From: an uncultured Phycisphaerales bacterium
GTDB lineage: Bacteria; Planctomycetota; Phycisphaerae; Tepidisphaerales; Tepidisphaeraceae
Length of the DNA: 64,000 nt
Direction of reading: 5' to 3'
NCBI GenBank assembly: GCA_963755915.1
Contig: CAVWLP010000002.1
Location: 3,424,001 to 3,488,000, forward strand
Made by a program: the position numbers and the translations under genes. Below are positions 21,691 to 33,900 of the stretch, piece by piece (the stretch's first letter is position 1; every line of letters begins with the position of its first letter). The notes beneath the pieces are model-generated. The model was not told where the DNA came from, did no database searches, and was given only the letters and a program-made list of their open reading frames with translations.

Positions 21691-22443
21691 CTATCGGGCC
21701 GCGCGGCTTTGACGATGGCGGCGGAGGAGACCCAGCGCCGCAAAGCTGACGATGCCCAGGGAGGCGGGTTCCGGCACCTGGCTGAGGGTGAAGTTGTCGA
21801 AGAGGATGTCCGCGGGAGCGCCGCCGCCGTTGTTGGTCTGGAACTCGAGCTGGATATAGCCGGGGCTCGGGCTGAGAGCGGCTTTGAACCCGTCGTAGTT
21901 GATGCTCACCTGATTGATCTGGCCTGAAAAGCCCGGATTCTGGTTTACGGTTCCTGTGACCGTCGCGAGAGCGACGTCCGTGGCCCCGCTGGAGCCGCCG
22001 ACGGCGTGGTATCCCGCGCCGGCGCCGTTCAGGATGATGTTGTAGAGCTGAGAGTAACCAGTGTTCGAGCTGGAAACAGGGACGATCCAGTCGAAGGTGA
22101 GGACGTCGTTGGCCAGGAAGGCGGCTGAAGTTCCGCTCTGGACAAAGTCATAGCCAAGGTCCGCGCCGCTGCTGAGTCCTCCGTTGAATCCGCTGGCGGT
22201 GAGGTCGAGGACATTCGTGGGATCGGTTGCCGGGCCGGTGTCGATGACGGCGGAAGTGGGCGCCGAGAACACACCCGGCGTAACGCCGCTGTTGGTTCCG
22301 GTGCCAAACCCGTCAAAGGTGTTGTCCTCAAAATTGGCAAAGGTGGTTTGGGCGCCGGCGTTTGAGCACCAGCAAATCGAACCCAAAGCCACTGCACCAG
22401 CGAGCAGCGCTGCACAGCGCTTTGAACGTGAACCATTTTGCAT
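21691..22443 (-). CDS. Small PEP-CTERM protein (CBM-like beta-sandwich)
   Basis: Signal peptide, ANFED..FDGF, ILFDNFTLSQVPEPASLGIV..LLRR. GGAGG RBS. Confidence 0.88.
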   Translation of the reverse strand: MQNGSRSKRCAALLAGAVALGSICWCSNAGAQTTFANFEDNTFDGFGTGTNSGVTPGVFSAPTSAVIDTGPATDPTNVLDLTASGFNGGLSSGADLGYDFVQSGTSAAFLANDVLTFDWIVPVSSSNTGYSQLYNIILNGAGAGYHAVGGSSGATDVALATVTGTVNQNPGFSGQINQVSINYDGFKAALSPSPGYIQLEFQTNNGGGAPADILFDNFTLSQVPEPASLGIVSFAALGLLRRHRQSRAAR

Positions 22444-22514
22444 AAGGCCCTCCGAAGTGTATTGGATCTCCGCGTGACGCTTTTTAAGAGTCCGTTGTCG
22501 CAATCACCTGTATT

Positions 22515-22532
22515 AAGGTAATCGCTTACCTA
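22515..22532. promoter_or_regulatory. LacI-type operator AAGGTAATCGCTTACCTA
   Basis: Matches the 21433 motif. A few bp downstream of a minus-strand TTGCTT-N16-TATATT. Confidence 0.72.
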
Positions 22533-22605
22533 AGCCAATATATCGCAGTTCTCTCCGCAAGCAAGAGAAAAATCGATGGTTAAAATGACCTTATTTTTGG
22601 CGATT

Positions 22606-22623
22606 TAGTTAAACGATTACCTA
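22606..22623. promoter_or_regulatory. Auxiliary LacI-type operator TAGTTAAACGATTACCTA
   Basis: Third copy of the motif, 91 bp from the 22515 site. Confidence 0.65.
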
Positions 22624-22688
22624 GAGCGGGGTTGCGTGCTGGCGCGGATGGGGCGGCGGCGATATTTCCGGCAAATTTTGGCGACGAT

Positions 22689-23937
22689 TCAGCTGCCGGA
22701 CGGCGCGGTGGTCGACGAGCGTGGGCTGGGGGGAATGTTTACTTGCGAAACCGGATCGGGGTGCCCCGGATCAAACGGCTTCCAGTCGTCCACGACAAAT
22801 TTTGCCAGGTCTAGCTTGTCGTCCTCAATCCCCTGAACGATACACCTGGCAACCTCGTAACTTCCGTACACGTTGTGATGCGTCTGATCCACAAAGGCCA
22901 TTGCGAGCCCCTTGGCCCCGATGGCTTCATAAAGCGTTTTGCTCATGGCGTTCAGGTCGATCAGCGGCACGTTTTCCTCTTTCGCCAGCTTGCGGACGGC
23001 GTCGGGATAATCCTTCAGCGAATTGGTGACGTGCCCCGATGAGTCCATCATCCGCCGATTCACAGAAGTCACCAGCACGACAGTTGCCCCTTTTGCCCGT
23101 GCCCCATCCACGTATTGCTTCAGCGCCGCGGTGTACGAGGTATACGGCCCGATTCCGGCGCCTTTCTCCTTCATGTCGTTGTGCCCGAATTGGACGAAGA
23201 GATAGTCGCCCGGCTTCATAGTGCTGAGAACCTTGTCGAGCCGATGCGCGAATCGATCCATCTGCGGTTTCGCCAGATTCCGCCTGGTTGGAAACTGCCA
23301 CGCCCGACTTCAAAAACCGGGTCAGCATCTGCCCCCAACTGTTCCAGGGCTCTTCCGGCTGGTCGCAGACGGTCGAATCGCCCAGGAGATAAACCGTGGG
23401 AACATCAGCCGGTGAAATCTCCAGCGTATCGACGCAGGGCCGCGCACCGTTGAATTCCAGCGTCAGCCGGTCGTCCCACGCCCAGGCCTCGGTGGTTTTC
23501 TCGCGCGGCTTGAGGATCACGTGCTCGTTGTCGGAAATCTTCGGCGTGCGGATATTCACCGTAAAATTCCGCGAAACGATTTGGCCCGAATCCGTATGCA
23601 CGTTCTCGAGCATGAGCCGCCGCAGTTCCGCCTTTACCGTCGTGGTCGATTCGCCGGCGGGATCTCCAAGCTCCACCGTTACACTGTAATTCCCTTCGGG
23701 AAGCGCGATCGAAAAATAGAACGGATTAGCGCTGGTCACGAACCCATTTCCGCTCTGCAATTCCGCCCCAGTTTCCCAGCCAAATCCCTTGCTCGAATCG
23801 TAAGAATCAGCCGGAGCCACCGAGACGAATCCGCTGCGCGTGGCCCAACCGAAACTAAATTTAAGGTCGGTGTTTGCGTGCGCGATTCCCGCTAATGCGA
23901 GCAGGGCAGATGCCGCAATCACGCCGAGTTTCCGCAT
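22689..23937 (-). CDS. Rhamnogalacturonan acetylesterase, CE12 SGNH family (frameshift near 23260)
   Basis: GDSTVCDQ..EPWNSWGQML, NQAESGET, QFGHND, DQTHHN.YGSYE. Confidence 0.88.
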
Positions 23938-23946
23938 CAAGCACCC

Positions 23947-26654
23947 CTATTTCGGCGCATTAACCGGCGCCTGATCCGGCACCAGTTGCAGCAACTCGAT
24001 CGCATTCAAACACCACTGCGACGTGCCATTGGTTGAAACCATCCTGATCTCATCAATCGGCTCGGCCACGATTGCTCCGGAGACTTGATGAGAATCAAAC
24101 CGAATCGCCGTGCCCGGCGGGATGGTGCGGAAAAGTTCAGCCCAGGCGGCTTCTGCCAACTTCGGGTCCTTCTTCGCATAGGCCGCATAGGCGGTCAGGC
24201 GGGCGTGGTCCGATTCCTGGGCCCTGTCGCGGGCGCAGTAGGCCACCCAGGCCGACGTCCAATCCGGATCGTCGATGACGGGAATTATTTCCGTGTTCAG
24301 CTCCGGCCCGCCAAAGAGCGAGAGGAGGGACGGCGTCCTGCCGTCATGGGTCAACTGTTTTAATTTATGCGTCGCCGGGTCATATCCATAATTTTCCCCG
24401 GACATAATTTTGCCGGGCATTGCCGTGATGCTGGTCATGCCGGCCAGAATCCGCTGCCTATATTGATCGTCTCCGGTGCGTTCCCAGGCGGCGTACCAGT
24501 TGCTCACCATCGCCAGCCAATCCGGGCCGATGCGCAGATGCGTTGGATTCTTCTTATCCTCCGCTATGCCCGGCAACTCGCGAACCGGATCGACGACCAG
24601 CAGCGATTTGTCGGCGTCAATCTCGTCGGTCATCAAATCGCCGGTGCGCTCGTCCGTGCTCAGGTAATAGTAAAACCGCTTAAAGAGGGACTGGCTGATG
24701 CGCAGCTCTTTGGCGCCGTCGCCCCAGTGGCGCACGTTGTGACGCGAGCCAAGCCCTTTCCAGGGGCCGATGTGATAGACATCCGCTTCTTGGCTTTGGC
24801 GGGTGAGGGCTTCGGCCATGCGATAAATATCGGCCCGGCCAGTGCGCAGAAAGCTATACCAGAGCCAGACGTTCGGCGCAAGCTCGGTGTCGTCCCAGGC
24901 GAAACCGCCGACGTCGTATTTCCACTCGTGGCGCGGCGTGTCATAGGTGTGCATCACATCGCCGAAATCCCAGAAGCCATACCAGCGACGCTCCTCGATC
25001 TGGTTTTCGTAAAATGCGATTGCCTTGTCGAGCTGGTCTTCGAGCCAGCTCTTCATCGGCGTCGAACGATCGGGCAGGCTCCACAATCCAAATACGCTGA
25101 GCCAGTGATAATACTCCGGCGAGCAGACCAGGATCGGCGCCGCCTGATCCATTTGCGCCTGCCGGAGCAATTCGGGGTCGCGCGGGACGTTTGAATAGGG
25201 GCGGATCGTCAATTCGCTCGTGCGGGCCACGCCATAGGCGCTGCTGAATCCCGGCTGCACGTCTTCGTACGACGATTCGAGGCTATGGGCGATCACATCG
25301 TAATGGCGCATGTCCATCGCCTGGGCGTCGGGCGACCAGAGCCACATTGTCAGCTCGGCGGCGTCTTTGCTGGTGCCTTTGATTTCCATCTCTGTCGGAT
25401 AGAGCTTCCAGAAATTCTTGAGACTGATCGAGAGGCCGCCGGAAACGTCGCCGACGAAAATTTCACCCAGCGAGCGTTTTCCGCCCAAGACGTTGATCCA
25501 CGCGCTCTTGGGATTCGTGCGCTTCTGAATCTGAAATCCATCGGGCGAAAGCTGCGTAAGCTTGTAAGAATCCCAGACCGCCATCTCGCTGATGAGCGTC
25601 TTAAAATCCGCTGGCTTCGCCGGGGGCGCGCCGCCTGCGCCGACCGGCCCTTTGGGCATATCGGCCAGGTTCGGAATTCTCAGCCCCTCGATCTGCCGTT
25701 CATACATTTCAGGATGCGGGTTCCGCCGGCCGGAAATCAGATGGATGGGCTCGCTCAAGAATCCCTGGTCGCCGGCGATGCGCACGTGGCGGTTTTGCAA
25801 TTCCTCCCGCATCGACACGTCAAATCTGACCCCCAGCGCTCGAATGAAATCTTTTTCCTGGTCTCCGTCGAAAATGAACGTGTGCACCATCCGCACGCTG
25901 TCGACCCCGGCATAGAAATAGAACCGCACAACAAACGGCAGCCACTCGCGTCCGCCCGAATCGAACTGGTGCTTGCCTTGAATCTTCACAACGATTCGCA
26001 CGGGGCCGGATTGTTCGACATCTGCGGATGTGACCTCGCTGGCAAACTGCCTGACCCGCAGAATGTGATCCGTGTCCCAATCGGTTCGGTCTTCGATTTC
26101 GCCAACCAGTCTTCCGTTGCGGGCAACTTCCGTCCCGCCGATCGAAATCGATTGCACGAGCGCGGTTCCGGTTCGCCCGATCCTCCACATCGACTTGCCG
26201 TTACGAATCGCGATTGCGTCATCCGTTTCCGCGAGCGAGAGGGGGGTTTGGAATTGCGGGGCCAGGCCTGCGGGCATCAATTTCAAATCTGCTGCGGATT
26301 GCGAACCGATCACCGCGGCCACGCCGGTCCACTTGATCGACCCATCCGGCCAATATGCCAGCGGCCAGGTCTGGATTGGCACGTTGTTCCCATTCGAATC
26401 GGCCAGCGCAAACGTCGTTGTCCGCTGAATCGTTCCCTGCGGCCACGGCACTCCCCAGCTTACGCCGCGATCCATCGTCGGCGGCGCACCGTCCAGCCAA
26501 TGAAGATCAACCCCTTTCCAGACATCAAAACTCATCGGCGCGGGTGGTGGCGGTGGGGGGGCGAGCGGCGCGGCGCCGGGGCCGCATTCTTTGCCGCATG
26601 GCTCGCGCACCCGACGACGCAGAGCAGTAAACTCAACCCGATCCAACTTCGCAT
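23947..26654 (-). CDS. Exo-rhamnogalacturonan lyase, PL26 (YetA/PcRGLX-like), probable lipoprotein (frameshift near 26565)
   Basis: GVSWGVPWPQG, WPLAYWPDGSIKW, RWYGFWDFGDVMHTYD..RHEWKYDVGGFAWD, GLGSRHNVRHWG. N-terminus MRSWIGLSLLLCVVGC is in another frame. Confidence 0.85.
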
Positions 26655-26656
26655 GA

Positions 26657-28761
26657 CTAGGCTCCGATCTGCAAAATCCCCCAAAGCACGACCAGGATCG
26701 CCCCGACGATCAGCCAGCACCCGAAAAATCCCAGCACGTCCTGTTTTTTCCAGCGGGTAAACTGCCAGTTCGAGCGCGGGAAAATCTTCTTATAGTCAAA
26801 CCGATCCGGCTTGTGATAACTGAGTTCCACTTCCTCCTTATCATGCTGCGGCGTCGGGGCCACGGGCGTGCGCATCTTCGCGAAAAATCGGTCGGCCCGG
26901 GCCAGTTCGTCCGGCTTGGTCAGGAGGCTGAAAATGATCAGCGAAACAAATGGGAACAGACCGTCGTAACCCCATCTGACCGCGATCATCTGGCTGGGCG
27001 TAAATTTCTCGACCGGCACGCCAAGCAGCGATAGCGAATAATTTTCGACGCTGAACCGGCCTAATCCCTCCTGTGGCGAATTTGGATCCTCCGGGTTTTC
27101 CCGCGTTACTGTTTCGAAAAAGACAGCGGTGGGGGGGATGGTTGTCTGGCGCTTGATCGCCTGGCCGACGCGCTGGGCGCGGCCGGCGGCCACATCGTCG
27201 CTCGTGGCTCCGCCGGTCGTCTCCGCCAACTGCGGCGCGGTTTGCTTTAGGAGCACGGGAATCGTCCGAAAGCCAGGCATCAGCGGTAGCGCCCGCGGAA
27301 CGATTCCCATCGCGATAATCCAAAGCGCCACGCTGATGATGATCGACTTCGACGTAAGCCTGCGCCAAAACAGGATCAGGAAAACCGCCGCCCCGAAGAA
27401 CGTGTTGAACGTCACCAGATCGGTGTATGCCGACGCCACGTCCGACATGCATTCCGCAAACAGCACCGCGAATATCAGCACGCCTGCGATCGCGAACTGG
27501 CCGACTCGCAAATAATGTTTTTCCGTTTTTCCCTTGGCCAGCGGCTCATAAATGTTCCGCGTCGCCAGGCCTGCGACCGAGACCGAATAGACGCCCATCG
27601 ACGGCATATTCCCCAGCAGCATGCCGGACAACATAAGCCCCATCAGCCCCGGGCCCAGCAGTTGCGCGCAAGCGCGCCCCACGTATTGTCCGGATCTGAG
27701 AGCCTCAGGCTGCCGCTCAGGACGGCCAGGCCGATCATTCCGCAGAGCGTCCAGGCGATCAGCACGAGGCGCTTGGTGAATCCGCCGGAAATCATCCCGA
27801 ACCGTGCGGTATTTTCATCCTTCGCTGAACCCGCGGTTGACATGTTGTGCAGCAAGCCGACGATCTGCACGAGGCTCGCGAAGGTGATCGCCAGGATCGC
27901 GTACCACGGGGTCGATGCCGTGGCGCTGAACAGGTATTCGGGAACAATCCGGTGCATTCCGCTGAATCCGCCGATGCGGTTCAGGCCCACCGGGATCAGC
28001 AGGATCGACATGATCAGGATCAGCAGTCCCTGCACGGCGTCGGTAATCGCCGCCGCTTTCAGTCCGCCCAGGGCAATATAAACTCCCACGACTGAAGAGT
28101 AGCAAATGAAAAACGGCGTGGGTGAGATAAAGGAAATAAACGCGTTCAGCTTCCGCTGCTTGATCAGGCCGTCCAATTCCTTGAAGCGTTCGGTGTCGAG
28201 GATTTTGGTATTCCCGGCGTTGATCTCACTCTTAAAGCGCTGATACTCCTGGTAGCTCGCCATCTGCGCTCGGTCATCGGCCGTATAGGCCGACTCCGGC
28301 TTCACAATCATCGCGCTGGCCACCTTGAACGCGAAGAAATTCCCCATCCCCATCACAAAAAGCGCCATGAAAATATTAAACCCCGCATAAGCAACCGCCA
28401 GTCCCTTGCTGTCGAAGCGGTCGACAAACAGGTCCCCCATGGTGACGAGCCTTGCCCTTCGCCACCACGGCTGGGTGAACCAGAAGAACGGGGTGATGAA
28501 GAGCGTTTGAAAACCGGATGCCCAGATGCCCCCCGCCCCCATCCGGTAGACATTGGTGGAAATCGTCACCGCCCCCGTGGCGTCGGTGGAGTTGCCGAAA
28601 TTCAGGAAAAACTGAAGCAGCCTCCCCAGCTTGCGGCCGCCGAGATAAAAATCTGATTCCTTCTTAACGCTGCGGGAAACGAAGAACCCCACCGCCAGGA
28701 TCGACACCAGGAACGCCAGCAGGATCGCCAGGTCCCACACGTCCAGACCGAACACCATCAT
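26657..28761 (-). CDS. Sodium:solute symporter (SSS) family (frameshift near 27670-27685)
   Basis: DFYLGGRKLG, YIALGGLKAAAITDAVQG, and multiple TM segments. Confidence 0.88.
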
Positions 28762-28809
28762 GGCGATCACGCTTGATTCCCTCAATTTCCACACGATAAT
28801 CTGCCGCTA

Positions 28810-30732
28810 ATGGGAATTACCACAACACACCGTGCAATTCAAATCCGCCTTGTATTTTCTATAGCAATTCTCTTATTCGCCCCCGCGGTTCGCGCTGACA
28901 TACCGTTGCCAAACGACGGTAAATCCCACAAATTTTCGGCCGCAGACAAACAGTTCTCGATCGACGGCCAGCCGATCGAAATCATCGCCGGCGAGATGCA
29001 TCCCTCCCGGATCCCTTACCAGTTTTGGGAAGATCGGATTAAAAAGGCGCGGGCGATGGGCCTTAACACCGTCAGCGTCTACATCTTCTGGAATCAGCTC
29101 GAACCGGCCGAAGGCAAATTCGATTTCACCGGAAACAACGACATTCGACGATTCGTGAAACTTTGCCAGGAGAATGGCCTTTGGGTCGCTCTTCGCCCCG
29201 GTCCATACGTCTGCGCCGAGACCGAGTTCGGCGGATACCCCGCCTGGCTTCTCAAGCATCACGACATGAAGGTTCGCTCCGACGATCCCCAGTTCATGCA
29301 ATATTGCCGATCCTATATGCTTGCCCTGCACGACCAGGTCGGCGATCTGCTCGTCACGCATGGCGGCCCCATTCTCATGGTCCAGATCGAAAACGAATAC
29401 GGCGCGATCGATAAATATCTCGACGACCTGCGCAAAATGTTCATCGACGTCGGCTTCGATTGCCAGCTATACACCTGCGATCACAGCGGAACTGTCTGGA
29501 ACAAGCTCGACGGAATGCCGGGCGTCCTCCGCGCCACCAACGGACTTCCCAACGCCAACAAGCTCACGCTTGCCGAAGCCGTCTCGGGCAATTTCCCGGT
29601 CTACGGCTCAGAGGTCTACACCTCCTGGTACTCCGTCTGGGCCGACCGTGTCGGCGGGCCGCGGGCAAAGGTAAAATCTCCCGCCGCCCAGATCACTGAC
29701 ACCAAATGGCTCGTCGATCGCCATCTCTCCTTCTGCTACTACCTTTTCGACGGCGGCACCAACTTCGGATTTTCCAACGGCGCCAACGGCTGGCGACCCG
29801 TGCAAACCACCTACGACTACGATGCCCCCATCGACGAACTTGGCCGGGTTACGCCAAAGTATAAGGCGCTTCGCGACTACTTCTCGCAAGCGCTGAAGAT
29901 CGATCCGCCGCCCATTCCGCCAGATCCGAAGGTCATCGAAATCCCGCCGTTTCAGGTCGCCACGGCTTCGCCGCTGCTCACATCCATCATGACGACGCCC
30001 CTGACTGCTGCGGTTTCCCCCGATCCTCCGCCGATCCATTCCGACAACGTGATGACGATGGAAGACCTCGATCAACCCTACGGATTCGTGCTTTACCGCA
30101 AGGTCTTCCCCACCGGCATCAAGGGGACACTCGATCTCCGCAAGGCTCTCGACTATTCAATCGTCATGATCGACGGCAACGTCGTGGGCCAGACCTTCCA
30201 GGGCTACGGGCCGGATAGTTTCCAGATGAATCTCAATCACCCCGGCCTCTGCACGCTGGACATTCTCGTTTACAACCTCGGCCGCAACAGCGTCGGCATC
30301 AACCAGTCCATCAGCCGCAAGGGGCTCAACGAAAATCCGACGCTCGATGGCCAGGAACTGACCGGCTGGGAAATCCATTCGCTGCCGATGACTGATCCCC
30401 CAATCCCCGCCGCCCCAGAAACAAATCTCGCCCCGTTGGCTCCCGCCATCTTTACCGGCACGTTCAATCTCACGGAAACCGGCGAAACCTATCTCGACAT
30501 GCGCAATTGGAATTTCGGCGTTGTCTGGGTCAACGGCCACAACCTCGGGCGCTACTGGGACGTTGGCGCGGACCGTGGATTGTATTTGCCGAGCGTGTGG
30601 CAAAACGTGGGGGCCAATCAGATCACAATCCTCGAACTCGCCGGCCCTCCGAAGAGCACGGAAATCCAGGGCGTGACCAAGCTGGTGAACCTGCCTTACA
30701 AAACCTTTACACCCTACCCGCACAACAACTGA
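28810..30732 (+). CDS. GH35 beta-galactosidase
   Basis: GEMHPSRIP..FWEDRIKKARAMGLNTVSVYIFWN, RPGPYVCAE, MVQIENEYG, TYDYDAPIDE, VWVNGHNLGRYW. Confidence 0.93.
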   Translation: MGITTTHRAIQIRLVFSIAILLFAPAVRADIPLPNDGKSHKFSAADKQFSIDGQPIEIIAGEMHPSRIPYQFWEDRIKKARAMGLNTVSVYIFWNQLEPAEGKFDFTGNNDIRRFVKLCQENGLWVALRPGPYVCAETEFGGYPAWLLKHHDMKVRSDDPQFMQYCRSYMLALHDQVGDLLVTHGGPILMVQIENEYGAIDKYLDDLRKMFIDVGFDCQLYTCDHSGTVWNKLDGMPGVLRATNGLPNANKLTLAEAVSGNFPVYGSEVYTSWYSVWADRVGGPRAKVKSPAAQITDTKWLVDRHLSFCYYLFDGGTNFGFSNGANGWRPVQTTYDYDAPIDELGRVTPKYKALRDYFSQALKIDPPPIPPDPKVIEIPPFQVATASPLLTSIMTTPLTAAVSPDPPPIHSDNVMTMEDLDQPYGFVLYRKVFPTGIKGTLDLRKALDYSIVMIDGNVVGQTFQGYGPDSFQMNLNHPGLCTLDILVYNLGRNSVGINQSISRKGLNENPTLDGQELTGWEIHSLPMTDPPIPAAPETNLAPLAPAIFTGTFNLTETGETYLDMRNWNFGVVWVNGHNLGRYWDVGADRGLYLPSVWQNVGANQITILELAGPPKSTEIQGVTKLVNLPYKTFTPYPHNN

Positions 30733-30964
30733 GATTTTTCTTTAAGTTGCTTTTTTGTGATTGCGGTTACCTGCCGTCGGTTTATAATTTCCATTTCTGC
30801 CGGTCGAAAATAGTGGAAGCCGCGGGTTCGCGGATTTCGCAAAAACACAGGGGTGGAACCGTGTTTCTCACGACAACAGCGCATCACTCAATCGACCTCC
30901 GTTACGGCTGGTCGACGATCCCCCGTTTCGATTAGTTCCGCTTCATCCCGGAGGAAGACAAATC

Positions 30965-33900
30965 ATGCGTGCTCACGCTGGTTCGAGCGGTTTGCCAAAC
31001 CCTTCCCGTCGCCGCGCTTCCCTCGCTGCATTGGCCGCCTCTGCTGCCTGCGCCATTGGGCCCTCGCCGCGACCGACAGTTGGACCCTTGCCGGCTCGGG
31101 AAACTGGAACGCCGCCGGCAACTGGAGCGCCGGTGTTCCCGTCGCAAGCGACACCGTTGACATCACTGACGACGATGCCATCGCCCGCATCGTCACCTAC
31201 AACTACTCCGGCGCTGCCATCACGCTCGCCAGCCTCACCGTCGACAACGCCGGAGCTGCCACCAATACCCTCACCATGTCCGCCAACGACGTTTTAAATG
31301 CCGGCAACGAATACTTTGGTGATTCCGGAACCGACTCCCTGTTCGGCTTCGGCTACATGATCCAGTCCGATGGCACAAATTCGATCTCCCTCGGCGGGAG
31401 CCTTGTACTCGGCAACGGCACGAATGATCTTGGCGAATACATTCTTAGCGGTACCGGAATCCTGTCTACTGGAGCCAGTACCAACAGCGGGGGTGAAACC
31501 ATAGGCTACAACGGTTCCGGCACTTTCGTCCAAACTGGCGGCCAGAATAACGTCGTCACCACAAGCATCGACGCATCGGGTCTTATTGACGTCGGCGCCG
31601 GCAACAATGGCCTTTACACCCTCAGCGGCGGCACCGTCTCCTGCAATGGGGATCTCGTCGTGGGTTTTGCCGGCAGCGGCACCTTCGCCCAAAGCGGTGG
31701 CACTGTCAGCTTCTCCGGATCTGCCCCTGAATTGATTTTCGGCTTCGATACCGGGGGCAGCGGCTATTACTCGCTCAGCGCCGGTACCATTACCGGCTCG
31801 CAAACCGAAAATATCGGCTCGGCCGGCAACGGTACGTTCGTTCAAACCGGCGGCACGCACAGCGCAGGCGCGCTCAATTTAGGCGATAGCCAGGGTATTA
31901 CCGGCTATTACACCCTCAGCGCGGGTTCACTCAGCGCCGGTGGCGAAACAATCGGCCAAACTGGACCCGGCTCGTTTATCCAAACCGGCGGAACCAACAG
32001 CGTATCGGTTGACGGTTTTACACTGGGAGGCTTTTCCACCGGTGCCGGCTATTACTCGCTAGGCGCCGGAACCTTGACCTCTAGCAGTGAAGAAATCATC
32101 GGCAGCGCCGGCAGTGCCACTTTCCTCCAGACCGGTGGAACCAACACGGTCACGGGTCCCCTTGAAATTGGCTACGCGAGTTCCCTGAGCAGTACCTACG
32201 AACTTCAAGGCGGAACGCTGATCGCCAACTCCGCGACCGTTGCAAACTACTACTTCGCACAGGATACTTTGATTCAGTCGGGGGGCACTTGCCTCATCAA
32301 CGGAAATTTGACCCTCGGCAACGAAGACGATGCCGAGGGTTCCTACTCGCTTAACGCCGGCGCTGCCACCGTTGCCGGCAATTGCTACGTCGGTGCATCC
32401 AATACCTTTGTCCAGGGAACCCTGAGCGTCAGCGGTGCAGATCTCACCGTCGACGGAATCGTCAACGGGTACACCTTTCCCTATTCATCCATCTATCTCT
32501 CCTCCGGAACACTCTCCGTCGGCGGGTTGAATCTCAACGGCGATCCTTCCGTCCTCTCCTGGACCGGCGGCACCCTCAATTTCCTCAACGGCTTCACAGT
32601 CGATGCCAACTCTGCGCCTCGGTGAGTACGTTTCGCTTACTTCCGGCATGACTCTCTCTTCCAGCAGCACCCTCAACGACAACGGCCAAATCTCCGTCTC
32701 CCCCGGCGCGGGCATTTCCGCCAATTTCCTCACCATCGGTGGAATCCTCAACGCCAACGGCGGCTCGATAAACTATTCCGCCCTCACCGTCTCTTCCGGC
32801 GGTTCCTTTAACCTCAACTCGCCCCTTACCAATGCTGCACCACTTACCGTCGGTACCGGCGGTGGCGTCTTTCTCAACGGCGCAAACCTCACCAATAACG
32901 GCATCATTCAATCTCAGTCCGGCGGACTTATTTCCGGAAGTGGCACTCTCATCAACAATGCCGCCGGCATCATCAGCGGCGCGGGCGAGATCAGCGCCAC
33001 CATCACCAGCAGCGGCACCATCGAACCCCTCGACGGAATGCTGATCCTCTCCGGCTCACTCACCAACACCGGCACCATCTCCGTCCCCATCGGCGGCGAA
33101 GCCCTCGTCGAAGACATGCCCACCAACTCCGCAACCATCTCCCTCGACGGCGGAAACTTCAGCACCAACACCGCCACCCTCCACAACACCGGCCAGATCC
33201 TCGGCTACGGCATTCTCACCACCGGCGGACTCACCAACGACAGCACCCTCGCCCTGGCCGGTGATTCCTCCGTCTACGGCTCCGTCACCAACACCGTCAA
33301 CGGCCTGATCCATCTTTCCGGCGTGCTTCCCAACGTCTTCTACGGCCCCGTGACCAACCGCGGCCAATTGACGGTCGACGCCGGCGGCAACGGCACTCTC
33401 TACGGCGCTTACAACGGCGCAGGCCCCATCCTCGACAACGGCACTCTCTACGTCTACGCCGATTCCGTCGCCGGCCCCATCTCCGGCACGGGAGTAATCA
33501 CGATTGGTTCCACATCCTCCGGCCCCGCCGTCGTCATGCTCAACACCAACAGCGGCTTGAGCACGCAGGATGGCCTCAACCTCGTCGCCGGCTCCACGCT
33601 CGACATCGCCAACAACCATTTCATCCTCAATTATGGCAGCGGCTCCGACCCGATTGCCTCCATCGCCGCCTATATCAAGAGCGGATACAACGGCGGCTCC
33701 TGGAACGGCCCGGGCATCATCTCCTCGAGCGCGCAACTCCTCACTGACGGCCACGCCTATGGCGTGGGCTGGGCCGACGGCGCGGATGGCGTCGTAACCG
33801 GGCTCTCCTCCGGCCAGATCGAAATCAAATACACACTCCTCGGCGACGCCAATTTGGATGGCACCGTCAACGGAAGCGATTTCTCCATCCTCGCCTCCAA

